Assembly: GCA_023213395.1 (NCBI GenBank)
Contig: CM041465.1
Location: forward strand, 252,223,741 to 252,287,740
DNA from: Cycas panzhihuaensis
Lineage: Eukaryota; Plantae; Cycadophyta
Length of the DNA: 64,000 bases
Reading direction: 5' to 3'
Made by a program: the position numbers and the translations under genes. The notes under the pieces were generated by a model. It was not told the origin of the DNA and did not search any database. It was given only the letters and a program-made list of their open reading frames with translations. Shown piece after piece: positions 50,529 through 63,800 of the stretch; position 1 is the first letter of the stretch, and each line of letters begins with the position of its first letter.

Positions 50529-50779
50529 TTACTCTTTGCTTTATGTTTTGATATAATCATCTATTGTTGTAAATGGGGGCTAACAAAAAAACCTAATAGG
50601 TACGTTGATATACCTTTTTATATTTTCCATTTTGTATTATAATGTTACATGGCATTGGAGGCGAGAGGCCTTTAATATGACATTCTTGCATTCTAAGGAT
50701 TTAGTGCCTAACTATCATAAATGACGTAAATAATAAGTACATTAATAATGTATGGCTAGATTACTTAAGGGAGGGGAAA

Positions 50780-52356
50780 AAATAAGACATGTATACATGA
50801 TATGAACAAGAAAGGATTCCTAGGGGGTTATTTTAAAAGCCATTATCTTATGTTTAATTTTTTTCTTTCATAAACCCACTTGGTTTTGAATATAAGTTTG
50901 TAGATATAATAACTAAATCTACATATACAAAGTTGATCATTCCTTTAAAAGTGGACCATTGCTATTATTGGGAAATGTTTTCAATGATTGGAGCTTTTAG
51001 TAGGAAGTGGGTTTTAACTCTTTTTATAAACTTTAACTAACATGCTTGAGGGATGACTCTTTCTCTATTACATGGGATATTCCATGTTATTATATTTTAT
51101 CTATTTCATTCTAGTTTTGAATAATATAAAGGGTAATTTGAAGTGTACATGAAGCTAGTTGTGATATAAGTGGTATGACTCCATCGATATAGCTATAGTT
51201 TTCTGATAGTTTTATTATTGCTAAAAGCTCTTTTGGATGCCCAAACTAGTATGATATTATGCTATTATGATCATATATGGGGGTTACTTACATGGTGAGA
51301 AATCACGATATATGATATAAGTTATATGATTGCATATTAGTATGGGGCTCTCCGTTGATAGTTCAGTATATGACTAACAATGATAGCAAGCCATATATGT
51401 TGACATGGCCTAGGACTCTTGATTATAAGTGCTAAAATGGTATAGGACCATTTATGGTAAGATGCCATTAACTTTAAGATGACATGGTCTAAGATTATTT
51501 ATGCTACCATTGCTTTTAGTACGATATATTGACATGGTGGATGTCATATGCAATGTGATTCCACCATATAAGACATGGTGTTATATATTGAGCCATAACA
51601 CTATTGCATTAAGTCATATTGTTGCTATCATCGGTTGAGTTACTATGTTTCTAACTTGATGACCAAGGATCGGGTTGAGAGTTAGAGATTAGAAAGAAGT
51701 AATCTATCATTCATATCATATTCCTTAGCTTAGAGACAAATTCTCATGTTAAATTTCTAAATGGTTGTGAGGTGAATACCTTTGAACAATTTAGCTTTTT
51801 CCATATAGAATATAAATGCTTACATTAAATTATGTGTGAATGTTTATATGGAAATAATGTAATGATTATCTAGGTTATAATTAGTTATAACTTCATAAGA
51901 TATTATATATGTTGAGATTTAGGCTTTAGTTATATATTTAATTTTGCATTATAAAGAGTAAATCATACACATACTAGTATTTTTTACATGTATAGTTCAT
52001 ATCTTCAACATGTCGTGCAGCTTGCTAGTCTAGTAATTCACTACATTGTTGTATTTTGAACTCAAGCTATCCAAGAGAAGTGCTATTATATTGATATCAG
52101 AGAAATTACGTCTATTATTTTGTATAGTTTAGGAAATAAGACTAGGATAGCTTGGTTTTAGGTTGAAATTATTTCCCCACAATGGGTAGTTACTCAATTA
52201 GGTCATGATGTGCAAGTTTGATCACCAAACAACATAAACATAAGTCTCATTTATAGTCCATTATAGTTAGTGTGTTTCCATAACAATTTGAAAATGAGAA
52301 GAGCTAAGTTTAGAACAAATAGTAGTTGGTTAGATATTTATAGGAGGAGTGTCACG
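50780..52356 (+). mobile_element. Probable 3' LTR of the decayed chromovirus
   Basis: Follows purine tract AAGGGAGGGGAAAAA (about 50767-50781); ends GGAGTGTCAC. Boundaries uncertain. Confidence 0.4.
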
Positions 52357-52599
52357 ATAAGTTAAGGAGGAGTGCATATCTAATAGGAAGCCAACTAGCC
52401 ATTGACATTGTGCGTTTAAAACTATCAAGATCAATAATAAATAGAGTGTCAAAAAACATGTAAGCCATCTAGGGCCATCTTTGATAAATCTTGGCCACAA
52501 CACATAGAAGACAATAAGTTGTCTTAGAAAACTAATGTTGACTATGACTAAAGATGTAATAGGGAAAGCAAATGTCACTAATGGTAAAAATAGAACTAT

Positions 52600-53640
52600 T
52601 GTAAATGCTCCTTTTTAAAGTTAGGTGAAAATGGATTGTGGGGTGTTCTCATCTTAGCATGAAAACAAGGAGAAAGATGAAGATGATGACCATATAATAT
52701 TTATAGGTGATGTTTTGCACTTGACCAAAAGGGAAGATGTGTGGATTGACTACCTAGTTTGGGGACTTACAAACAAGACCATCCTTACAAAATGGCCAAG
52801 ATAAGACAATAAAGAAGTGGGACCGCGGAGCATGTAGGCCAATTATAGCTCCTTTAATAACTAGTAAAGGCAGACAAGAAGGACCTCACCTATGAAAGTC
52901 ACAACTTGGAAAAGAATTTGACAACTTAAGTGGGCTCAAGGAGGAGTTGGCAAGTTTTGACATAGAGAGAAATAAACCATGGTGAAATAGACCATGGTGT
53001 GGAGGTCAAGGTTAAACATGGGGAGGAACAAATCATATTTCCAAGGGCAACTATAGTCGAGAGGAGAGATTGATTGTGCGGGAAGATTTTGGTGTATTGT
53101 GAGCAACACAGGGTGATTATTGAAACTTATAAAGAACATTCAAGGGAATGTGTAAGACTAGGTGGGGACTATTTAAGTGAATGCCTAGGACTGTGCAAGG
53201 TCGTTTAGGAGGAACAAACAAGCCTTGCAAATAACTAGGTTGGGCCATTTGTAAGTCAGCTAACCTTTGTTAATATAAATCATTCATTCCTTTTAGTGTC
53301 ATCGTGTTTTTTGTTCTTCATGTTTGTGATGATATAGTCAACTAGTATAGTTCTTCCTTAAATGGTGGTTTGGTTTAGTTTGGTTTTTGTGTTTGATTCC
53401 CTTGTTCTTATGATATTTGGTCATCTTAGTAGGTTACTCATGGATAATACACTCATGAGCGTCTTAATGACCAATTAGATTTAATCCATATGGAAGGCAC
53501 GCGAGGTTGAGCCTCTCAAGTTAGCCAAACATAATAGTGGAGATCTTGGGTAATATCGAATAGGTTTAAAACTTAACGAGTTTATTGGGAATTTGAACTT
53601 GGTTTAATACTTAATATTGAAAATATCAAGAAATGTTACA
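52600..53640 (+). mobile_element. Possible LTR fragment
   Basis: TGTAAAT..TGTTACA ends and a TATA-like CTATTTAAG at about 53169; no TSD found. Confidence 0.3.
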
Positions 53641-53798
53641 TAAGAAACAAATGCTTAGGTTGGCCTTGTTTAAGGAATGTGTGACATAGAAACATGGGTT
53701 GGGCTAGGCCATTCGAAAGCTTAGCCAATGGACAAGTAACAAAGCTAGGAAGAACAAAGGGTGCCAAGTTGGGAAGTGTGACAACCATTGTTTGAAGA

Positions 53799-54386
53799 GC
53801 AAGACTAGGACGTAGAAGTCCACCACTAGGTCTTAGCGTATAATTGTTTGGGGACCAAAACCATAGGAGGCATAAGTGCCGCAAGACTGGGACATGAAAA
53901 TCCACCACCAAGTCTTGGCTTACATTTGTTTGGGGGACCAAAACCATAGGAGGCATAAGTGTTGCAAGACTAGGATGTGAAAGTACGCCACTAGATCTTC
54001 GCTTACATTTGATTTTGGGACCAAAACTGTAGGAGGCATAAGTGTTGCGAGACTAGGACGCGGAAGTTTGCCACCAAGCCTTAGCTTACATTTGTTTGGG
54101 GGACCAAAACTATGGGTGGCATAAGTGCCGCAAGACTAGGACGTGGAAGTCTGCCACCAAGTCTTCGCTTACATTTGTTTTTGTTTTTAGGACCAAAATC
54201 GTAGGCGACATAACTGTTGCAAGACTAGGACATGGAAGTCCGCCACCAAATCTTAGCTTACATTTGTTTGGGTGACCAAAACCATAGGCAGCATAAGTAT
54301 CGTGAGACCATGCCATGGAAGTATACCACCAAGTCTTAGCTTCCATTGGTTTGGGGGACCAAAACCATAGGAGGCGCAAGTGCCGC
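53799..54386. repeat. Tandem array, about 7 copies of an ~83-bp unit
   Basis: GCAAGACTAGGAC..CCACCAAGTCTTAGCTTACATTTGTTTGGGGGACCAAAACCATAGGAGGCATAAGTG; units start at about 53799, 53881, 53964, 54047, 54130, 54219 and 54302. Confidence 0.95.
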
Positions 54387-54619
54387 TGAACATGCCAAAG
54401 AAACCATTCCGCTAGGGAAAATAGGAATGGCAGGTTAACAAGAGAATGGAGCCCACAAGTTTTGGAGAAGAAATAGAGTCGACTCTAAATTAGATGTTCA
54501 GCCCCAACCATCTCTAAAATACAATGAGGGATAGCAAAGAAGGGCCACGAAGTGGAGAAAAGTAAAGAGAGCTCAGTACTTAGTCAGAACCTCGGTCAGC
54601 AATGTAAATGGAAAGCTGA

Positions 54620-54990
54620 CAGACACTTTCGTGGGTTCACGTGGGACTCTGTTATGTTATGTTTCGATAAAGATAGCCATCCGTAAGAATATCTGAACTG
54701 ATTTTTGTTATTTTTTATTTTCCGTGGAAATTCTGTAGCGGGCCAATCGGTGATGAACACGTTCCAATATTGTGGCGTATAATGGCCTGCCACGTTTCTG
54801 TTGCCACGTACACCACGCGCCGTCGATGTGACCGGGAGCCCCGTCCCATCCCATATGCGGAAACCCTGTTGACATTGACTTTAAGGTGATACGTTCGGGA
54901 GCTAACGGTCAATTTGGCGTGCAAGGTTCGCTCAAATGGATCAGCCCCCCTTCGTTTGCGCATTATTTTGATTGGGAATTCGGTAGCCCA
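54620..54990. promoter_or_regulatory. CpG-rich island with ERSE, ABRE/G-box and CE3-like motifs
   Basis: CCAAT-N10-CACG 54743-54761; CACGTG 54638-43; GCCACGT 54789-95 and 54803-09; CCACGCG 54813-19; TTGAC cores at about 54869-54881. Confidence 0.5.
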
Positions 54991-57900
54991 TCAACAAGTC
55001 AAGAAGTGCTAAAATAAAATTTAAGATAAGAGGTTATGGAGGGTAGGTGGGGATGGGATAGGAAGACATCATTTCATTCGTCGTCATACCTCACAAACAC
55101 TAAGAGTGACAATGGGCTTATCTTCCCATCATTAATCCTACCCACCGTTGGTTGTGATGAATTGAAAATAGCACAATTTGCTTGTGCCTATCGCTGTCAA
55201 CCCCACCCACCATCCATTCCAATGATGGGGAAAGCAATCCCACCTCACTCAAGACAAACGTGATGGCGTTGTGGATGGAGTTTTTGGGTTTCTCTCAATG
55301 AAGGTCGTCGAGAAATCATCAAGGTGGTTGGGTTGGGTCATTGGGTTGATAAGGGCAATGTGTGGTACCATGGGGCTTATGAAGCAATCCAATAATATCA
55401 CGTTAAAGCACGATAAGAAAATGAAGGCTTCCCCTATGTCCAAAGAAACAGACATAAAGCCCACCTAGTAGAACATGGAGCAAGAAACAAACGCGAGAAT
55501 ATTAGTGGAAGGTTTAAGGTTGTAGATGGAATTTACCTATCACTCAAGCGCTCATAAACTAGGGCTGCTAACGACAACGCCACCCTCTATTAATTATTAC
55601 AAGGATCCTATATACATAAGCAATTGGTACTCCGCATTTTTAATAGAAGATTCTTATTTTTCTAATCAATAGAGTCCTTATACCTTCATAAAACTAAAAT
55701 ATTTAAAAATAGTTGTTAAACACCCATATGGGGCCTTTATATGAAGATCAACATAGTAGGGGAGTATGTCACAATGTGGGGCCATTGAATGGTTGTATGA
55801 AAAAAATATGGTGGCATATGCTCCAAGTTGCTTGATAACCACCTTCATGTCCATCACCAAACTTTGCCACTAATGCCTTATTCCATCAAACAATACCTAA
55901 CACTAATTTGCAAGTCATCTTCTAAGGAAATAATATCACACTAGGTTTGACCTTTAATTCTAATATTTAATCATGCAATATGTACTTCTAATATTTCAAA
56001 ATTTTCAATTTAGGAAAAGATAATGATGGAAAAATGGCATGCCATCTTTGTGCAATGAATGCATTTGATCTATGATGACGACATCAACAATTTTAGGACC
56101 CTTTCAAATGTCCACAAAATGAAAATAAAAATGCCAACCATAACAATCTTTCTTTTTATGGTGTAATTGCTTATAGTATATAAAAATTATATGTTAAATA
56201 AGAAATCACATTAAGCATTGTCTGCCAATCATTTTCTTAAGAGTAAATAGTGTCGAATTGGTTATATTTTTGTCACTAGGATCTAATTATAGTAAGTGAA
56301 AAAAATTGTTCATCAAAATTATGATCATTATTCGGCAGGTTAACGATTCTAAATAGGCTTCATTACAATTATATTTTGTTTTTAGTTTATCATATAACTT
56401 TTAAGGTTTATAAAAATGCTAAAATTGATCATGTTAATTTTCACATTGATAATGAAGATTAAAAAGGTTTGAACTTAAGTGATCTTGACTTTGCTTACCT
56501 AGTAGTAGCATTCTATTTCTTTTCAAATTTAAGTATATAATTATGTGAGATTTCTTTATGCAAAGCCAAGAGGATCTAAGGTTGTATAATTTAATGAGAT
56601 TTTTTTATTTAGAGCCACAATGTTCTAAAAAATCATAATAAGTAGATGATAAAATATTGAAATTGGTAAAGACAATGATGCTTATTCATTTCCCATATAT
56701 GTGCCTTTTCATAGGTAGTTTCAAACTTGTAAATTAAGTTTCAAACGTGCATTTGAAGCATGCTTATTCTATGCTCATGGCATCGGAGAATGTTGGATTG
56801 ATTTCTAAAGACTTATTAAGTTTGGCATATGAGATCCACTACCTACTATTTACTTTCATAAGAACATTTGAATTCTTAATGTGTGTGTGGGCGGTTAGGA
56901 GGTGGGGGGTGTGGTAGGGGTGGGGAAGCATTTTTATTCAAGTCAATAGTGAATGGTTAGTTAGAATTCATTTGTTAGCAATCACTAGAAATCATTGGAA
57001 ATTCTTAAATTTATCATTCTTTGAAGTTCTTACTTTGTTGAAATTATTGATTCACTAAATTGGAAATATTACCTTTCACGTTCTTATTTCGAAATTTGTG
57101 GATCAAATTTAAATTTTATGGTTGAAAATTTTCTTCTTTCACATTTAGAATTTGCGTCATAAGCCAGATTGGTATCAAAGCAACTTTTCTTATAAAATCT
57201 ACTTGTATCTTCAATAAATTTTAGGAGCATTTTTCAGTACTTTGGATAAGGAGCCATGGGTCTAATTTTTTAATTAGTACTAGTGTTGTTGGTCTTACGA
57301 GGTAATATCACAAATTGGTTTTCATTCTACCATGTGCTTGAACCAAGGATGACTAGTGAAAATGAGTTATAAAGAGAGTGAATGTATATTTTTTGTGCAT
57401 AACTTATTAGTGTGGAGGCCGTTACCAAAGCCTAGTAAGTCACAAGAGTTTCTCTATTGTGTGTAAGTACCAAAATTGAAAAATATACCATATAATGGTG
57501 GTTTTTGGTCCACTAGTAAAACACCTAATCAATATGCATTCTAATCATTCTACATGGTTTATATAGGCCTAATCAATGAGAGTTAAAGTTAATGAAACTT
57601 TGATTAATTGAAAAGGCTTTCTAGTTAGCAATAAAAATTGAGGACTCTAATGTATGCTTCTTCGACATGAAATAATAGTAAAATTGTTGTGAAATTAAAA
57701 TTTGTTTTCTAATAATTAGAGGAAAATGATAGAATATATGTTTTTGATATTGATGTGGTGATCTTATATTCAACTATGCAAGTGTATAGTTTTCATAGTA
57801 AATGAAGCTTTATTGGTAGAATTTCCTCACCATCTAGAGGAGGATTTGTATTAAAAGAATTCTCAATAAGAATGGAAGGCGAAAGTGCATAAGATGTTCA

Positions 57901-60878
57901 TTAGGATGCCACATTATAGGAAGAACACTCAAACTAAAAACTTAAATAAAAGGATTTACTACAAGCAAATAAAGTTGTAGATAACTACTAATAATTAAAC
58001 TTGATGATAAAAGTGCTCCTATAGCATTGAACCTAAATTCAAATTGGTGAATAGTTCTTCACGAAACTATGATTTTTGAGATATCATTGAAATAATTTCA
58101 TTTAGTTTTGAGCAGTATTTAAAAGCCTTAGATACTTAAAGTATTGAATAGGTCATCACTTACCCTTTTTTCTAATATTTTTAATGAGGATTCCAATCAT
58201 TAAAAATATTACATAAAGTTATAAATAAAGGAAAGTAAGAGGCTTCCCATTGCCCCTATGGATGAGTCTGACCTCCACTTCAGGATGTAAAAGATATGAC
58301 CTCAATACCTCTAAAATAAGCTTGTCATAGTTTCACATAAACATGTGGCAACAAAAACATAAAGTACGGCAACATGTTAAACATAATTTTAATGAGTAGA
58401 AAAGGACCCAACTAGGCTACTTTGTCCATCACCTCCTTTATTATGATTCTCATCCTACCTCAAGGTCTGGCCTTTTGCCATATACCTCATGTTATGTTAT
58501 TTTCTTGTGAATATTTATATATATACAAACAAATTAGTAGAAGTAACATTTAACCAAAGGCTTAAGTGATTGTTATGTGGTTTATTTTGTATATATGTAT
58601 GAGGAAAATGAACACGCAATTGTGCAAAGTCGAAGGATAGTGCCTTATAAGGACACCATACATCATATTGAATGGATATACATGAGGAAAATTAAAAGAG
58701 GTAGTGGTAAGTAATATAAAGAGATTAACCTCACATTCTTAAAGGTGGCCTAATTAACCTATTTACTAAACTTAGAAACTTACGTACTTTTATGGAAGTT
58801 GAAATTTTATATTTGTAAATTGGAAGTTAGAATATAATCAATAGAAATAATCTAACATCTTAAAAGCATGAAAAACTTCTAGCCTCTTAGAGTTACTTGT
58901 AACATCCAAGTCATTGGTTGTAGTGAGCAAGAGTAGAAATATTTTGTGTAAAAGAAGGTAATGACTTTTAATATGTATAACTCTTTATAAATTGGTGTTA
59001 TTTTTTAATTTAAGAATTATGTTGTTAGAAATTATCCAAGTGAGTAAAGTATGAACTAGGCTTTATTCCAATTGATGCATAGGAATATGGGAAGAAGCCA
59101 ATTAATCTTAGTATTATAAAATGACATTGCAGTACCCACTAGCTACTTTGAGGATGGAAATTGAACAAGGTAGAATTATAGAATTATCATTTATATATAA
59201 TTTTATTATAATCTATGGATTCTACTTACAAATGTTAAGGTGTTAGAAAGTTTTCACTAAAGAGGTCAACAATGATATCATTTTTGTAGTAAGTATAAAT
59301 AGTGAAAGATAGAGATGCAACATGACATTGATGTGATAGAATATGGGCAACCCACACCTATAGAGGGCCAATTAGTGATGTTAAACTCTATACTTAAGGG
59401 TATGATGACTATGGTGTCAGAAGCTACATTGAGAGAAGAAAGAATTCAAAGAAGAATAATATTTTATAAAAGACTCTTATGGAAGCTTTGTAATAAAGAC
59501 AAGTTTTCGTTAAATAGATTTCTTCATCAAATTTGAATAAAATTATTAGAAAAAGTGGTGGATTGAATATGGATCTAATGATGATTCTCTTGTTAGTATT
59601 AAAGAAAATGTTAAAAAAAGGAAAATGAACTAATTGAGATGCTTGAAGAAAAACCAGTTGGGATATATTACGTAAGTAAGGAAAAGAACGCTTGTGAGCA
59701 ATTTGAAAAGAAACTAACAAAGAGGTATAACAAAGTAATAAAAGACATATTTATGAGAAATATGATGAATATTTAATTCACATGCAAGGACCTAACAAGG
59801 CATAATCCATCCTGGAGTAGTATGAAGAAGAATTAGAGTAGCAAATCATCATAAGTAATGCAACATTTATGAGTTCAAATCTTATTTTGTATTTATCCAT
59901 TTCATTTAGTCATTTTATAGTTTCTATTGAGTTTTCATATTACATGGCTCTGCCATATGCCCCACTCTTGACTTATCAAGAATATGGGGTTGATACTAAA
60001 TCTAAGCTCTTCAAATCCATTATTTTCATAGGCAAAATAATGATTCCTCTTGAGATCATACATTTATTACCCTCCTCAATCTATGGGTTATCCATTATCA
60101 AGTTTAAATAAAAGAAGACATCCTTCTTATTGTCATGATATCCCCCTTCCTCTTTCTAAACCCCCACTCTCCTTATATCCTTGCTCAATTAATGTATATT
60201 TCTCTTTTCATTGTAAGGTCTTATTTTCTCTCACTTTACTTCTTAAATTATCTTATAAGTAGCCACCTTATCCTCAATCAACTTTTGCACTCATCCTTAT
60301 GCATTTCCTCACATATTTCCCCTATATATTTCCATCTAAATCCCCCCCCCCCCCCCCCTTCAAATAAGGAAAATATTATCTTTATCCTTTATTTATTCCT
60401 TATTAGTACACACCTTTTTCATCTCCCATCATCCCTTTTTCCCATATATTTTTCTTACGAGTCCACTAAAATCCTTGTCCCATAAAGAATACCTATCCCT
60501 TATTCCTTATCCACCTCCTATAAACCCCCTATATATATCATTCCTTAGTCATGCTTCCAACCTAATTTATTCTTACATCCTATCTTCTTTGTTGCCCATA
60601 GATTTCTCCCTAATATTTATCTATACAAAATACTTATTATACTAGTTAAAAGCCATTCTCTATCTTTTTCATGTCAATTCTATACATGCACCATGCCCTA
60701 GCCTTATTAGTAACCTATATCACCTCTACTAACCCACATCCACACTTTAATTTCCACCCCCTACATCCTTCTTTCTTACCTCCATAGATAACTTATTATG
60801 CGTTGGCATTGAGGAGTAGAGTAGGAGGATTACAAAGCCATTGTGAGTGAGTTAACCAGACTTCTAATATAAAGGCGG

Positions 60879-63800
60879 TGTTAAAAACCACCAGGGAGAT
60901 ATTCTCCACCATTATATAGAGTTTTAGGGAGCTGGTAAGCGCATCTTCTTGATATCTAATTGAAAAATCAAATAAGCATTAAAATATTAAACACATTAAT
61001 AAAATAACATACCTTACTTGGTTGTGGTGGCTCCATGTCAGCTCTAGGTGGCTACTTGGTGGCTTTAGGTAGCCCTAGGTGCTTTTTGGAGGCTTAAGGT
61101 ACCTTTTAGGGGCCCAAGATAGGTGCATATACTCTCATATTGGGCATTATCCCAATGTTCTACCCCATAATGGCTAATGTGTAAAACTCCTAACATTTCT
61201 TTGAATTTCTGAAATTTGATCCTTCCCAAAGATTTTGTGAAGATGTTAGTTGCTTGATCTTCTATACTGTAATATGCCAATTCTATTTCGCCTGCTTGTA
61301 CTAGCTCTCGAATGAAATGATATTATGTCTAGATATGCTTTGTTCTACCATGAAATATTAGATTCTTTATCATCTGAATTGTGCTTTAATTATCACACTA
61401 AATTTTAATTAGTCCTTTCGCCTATCTGAAAATCTTGTAGAAGTCGTCTTAGCCAAACTGTTTCACATGCGCTAAAGACTATTGCTTTATATTTTACTTC
61501 AGTTGTAGATAGAGAGGTCAGATTTTACTTTTGTGCTTCATGCTATGGCTATCAAACCCATCCGAAAGTGTAACTCAAGTAGATTTTTATCATCAATGTC
61601 ATCTGTCCAATCTAAATATATATGTCCTATCAATCTAAAATTTGATGAAGCTTTATAATGTAAACCATATTCTATAATGCCTTTAAGATACCATAGAATC
61701 GTTTTGGTTGCTTAGCAATAAGTAGTCTTGGGGTATTACATGAATCGAGATACTATACTGATTGAATGCATGATGTCTAGTCAAGTAGAAATCAAGTAAA
61801 TCAAACTACCAATTAATTATCTGTAAAGTGTAGGATCAATAGGTACAGAATTGTCTAATTTAGATAGCTTGATTCTTATTTCAGCTAAAGTTGCTAAAGG
61901 TTTGTAATCAGTCATCCTAAACTTTTGTAGTAAGTCCAAGGTGTATTTCCTTTGAGAGATGAAGATACCAATTTTGTCCTACCATACTTCTAAAACTAGG
62001 AAGTAATACATTAATCCCAAACCCGCTATTTAGAATTCGTTATACATGGCTTTCTTAAAGGTTTGTAAAAGATGGGGGTCATTTCCATCATCTACATAGA
62101 GTCCCATAATTATAATTGAATCACCCTTGATTTTGATATATAGATTTGGATCTGATTGAGACCTTTCAAACCCTTGATCTCTAAAATATTTATTAATGTA
62201 GGAATACCAGGCCTTGGGTGCTTACTTCAAACCATAAAGTACCTTTTTATGTTTATACACTTTGTCTTTTTCCCCCCTGACTTCAACACTGAGGAGTTGA
62301 GAGACATAACTATGTTCTTCAATGTAGCTATTAAGGAAAGTGCTTTTGACGTATATTTGACAAGCATTCCATCCCATTTATGCTGCCAAGCTCATCATCA
62401 TACATATAGTTTCCATTTATGTAATGAGGACAAATGTCTCATTATAATCAATACCTTCTCTTTGTGCATAACCTTTGGCTACCAATCTAGATTTATATTT
62501 GTCGATTAATCTGTCAAAATAGAACTTAATTTTATCAACCTATTTAGTACCAATTGCCCTTTTATTATGAGGTAAGTCAACCAATTCCCAAGTATCATTC
62601 TTGATAATGGAATTATATTCATCTTCCATTATCTTTTTCTAATTATCTTATGTATTGGCTTCTTTAAATGTTTAAGGCTCATGGGACTCCATAACTTTAC
62701 TCATAAGGGCAAAGTTTACCCTATGTGAGCGAGTAGATCTCTAATTACTATTTAAGATGTTACCCATATCGTGATTCCTTTAAACCCATTTAGGAAGGCA
62801 TTATGGTAGAGGTTGAGAAGAGGTTCCCTCCCCACTTAGTTCATCAATGACTCGTTTAGAGTCAAACATATGTGGCACATATCTTGACTTAGTGGAGGTG
62901 TCAAGATTTATCACCACTTCCTTTATCTTTTCTTGGTCATTATGGTAGCAAGTGTCTACTTGGAATTTTATATCTCTACTTACCATAGCCTTCCTTGTTT
63001 TATGTGCTAAATTTTTATCTTTTAACATGCACCTTACCATTTCTACAATGATGCAATTTTTCCTCTCAAATACACCATTTTATTATGGGGTGCAGAGATT
63101 TGTGAGTTGCCTTCTTATCCCATGATGCATGCAATATGCCTTAAATTCATTGGAAATGAATTCTCCCCTATTATATGATCTTAATGAGAGAATTTTATAT
63201 TCACTTTATCGCTCCACATAGGTTTTGAAGTCAACAAAGTATTGGAAGGCATTAGATTTAAACTTTAAGAAGAATACCCAAGTCTTTCTTGTGTAGTCAT
63301 CAATAAATATAATGAAGTAACATGCACCTGCCAATGAGGGGACATCTATAAGACCATAAATATCTGTATAAACTAGTTGAAGTGGTCTAGATTACCGATA
63401 GCTATAATCTGGAAAGCTTTCTCTGTGTTATTTGCCAAGTAAACATCCCTTGCAAATGTTTTTATCCACTTTAATATTGGGCAACCCAGTAATTACATCC
63501 ATCTTTTTCACTAAAGTCAAACCGCTATAGTTTAGATGTTCAAATCTCTTATGATATAGGTCACTATCTAATTTAACCATGGTCCTTAAGGCATAAGTGT
63601 CTAATGGAGTAAGGATAAGTTTATAGAGTCTATCCTTTATCATTTTTCCTTTTGCGACAACTGCCTTGTTTCTTCACTTGTCTTTAATTGTACATTCTCC
63701 ATTATCAAATATAACCTTGTAATCCTGGCCCATCATTGGTTCTTCAAAGCAGAAACATATAATACATGATCAAGGTATCTATATTCCTCTATATATATCA

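Noticed and set aside
53799-54386. CRISPR-like array
   Set aside because: Whole units repeat with no unique spacers, there are no cas genes, and the context is eukaryotic.
54404-54430. CCATTCC..GGAATGG as a MIR482 hairpin
   Set aside because: The stem is only 7 bp, far too short for a precursor.
57170-57181. Met-PBS-like TGGTATCAAAGC
   Set aside because: No recognisable LTR upstream or gag downstream.
60342-60358. C17 homopolymer as a functional G-quadruplex
   Set aside because: Simple slippage run in a pyrimidine-rich tract with no supporting context; length unreliable.
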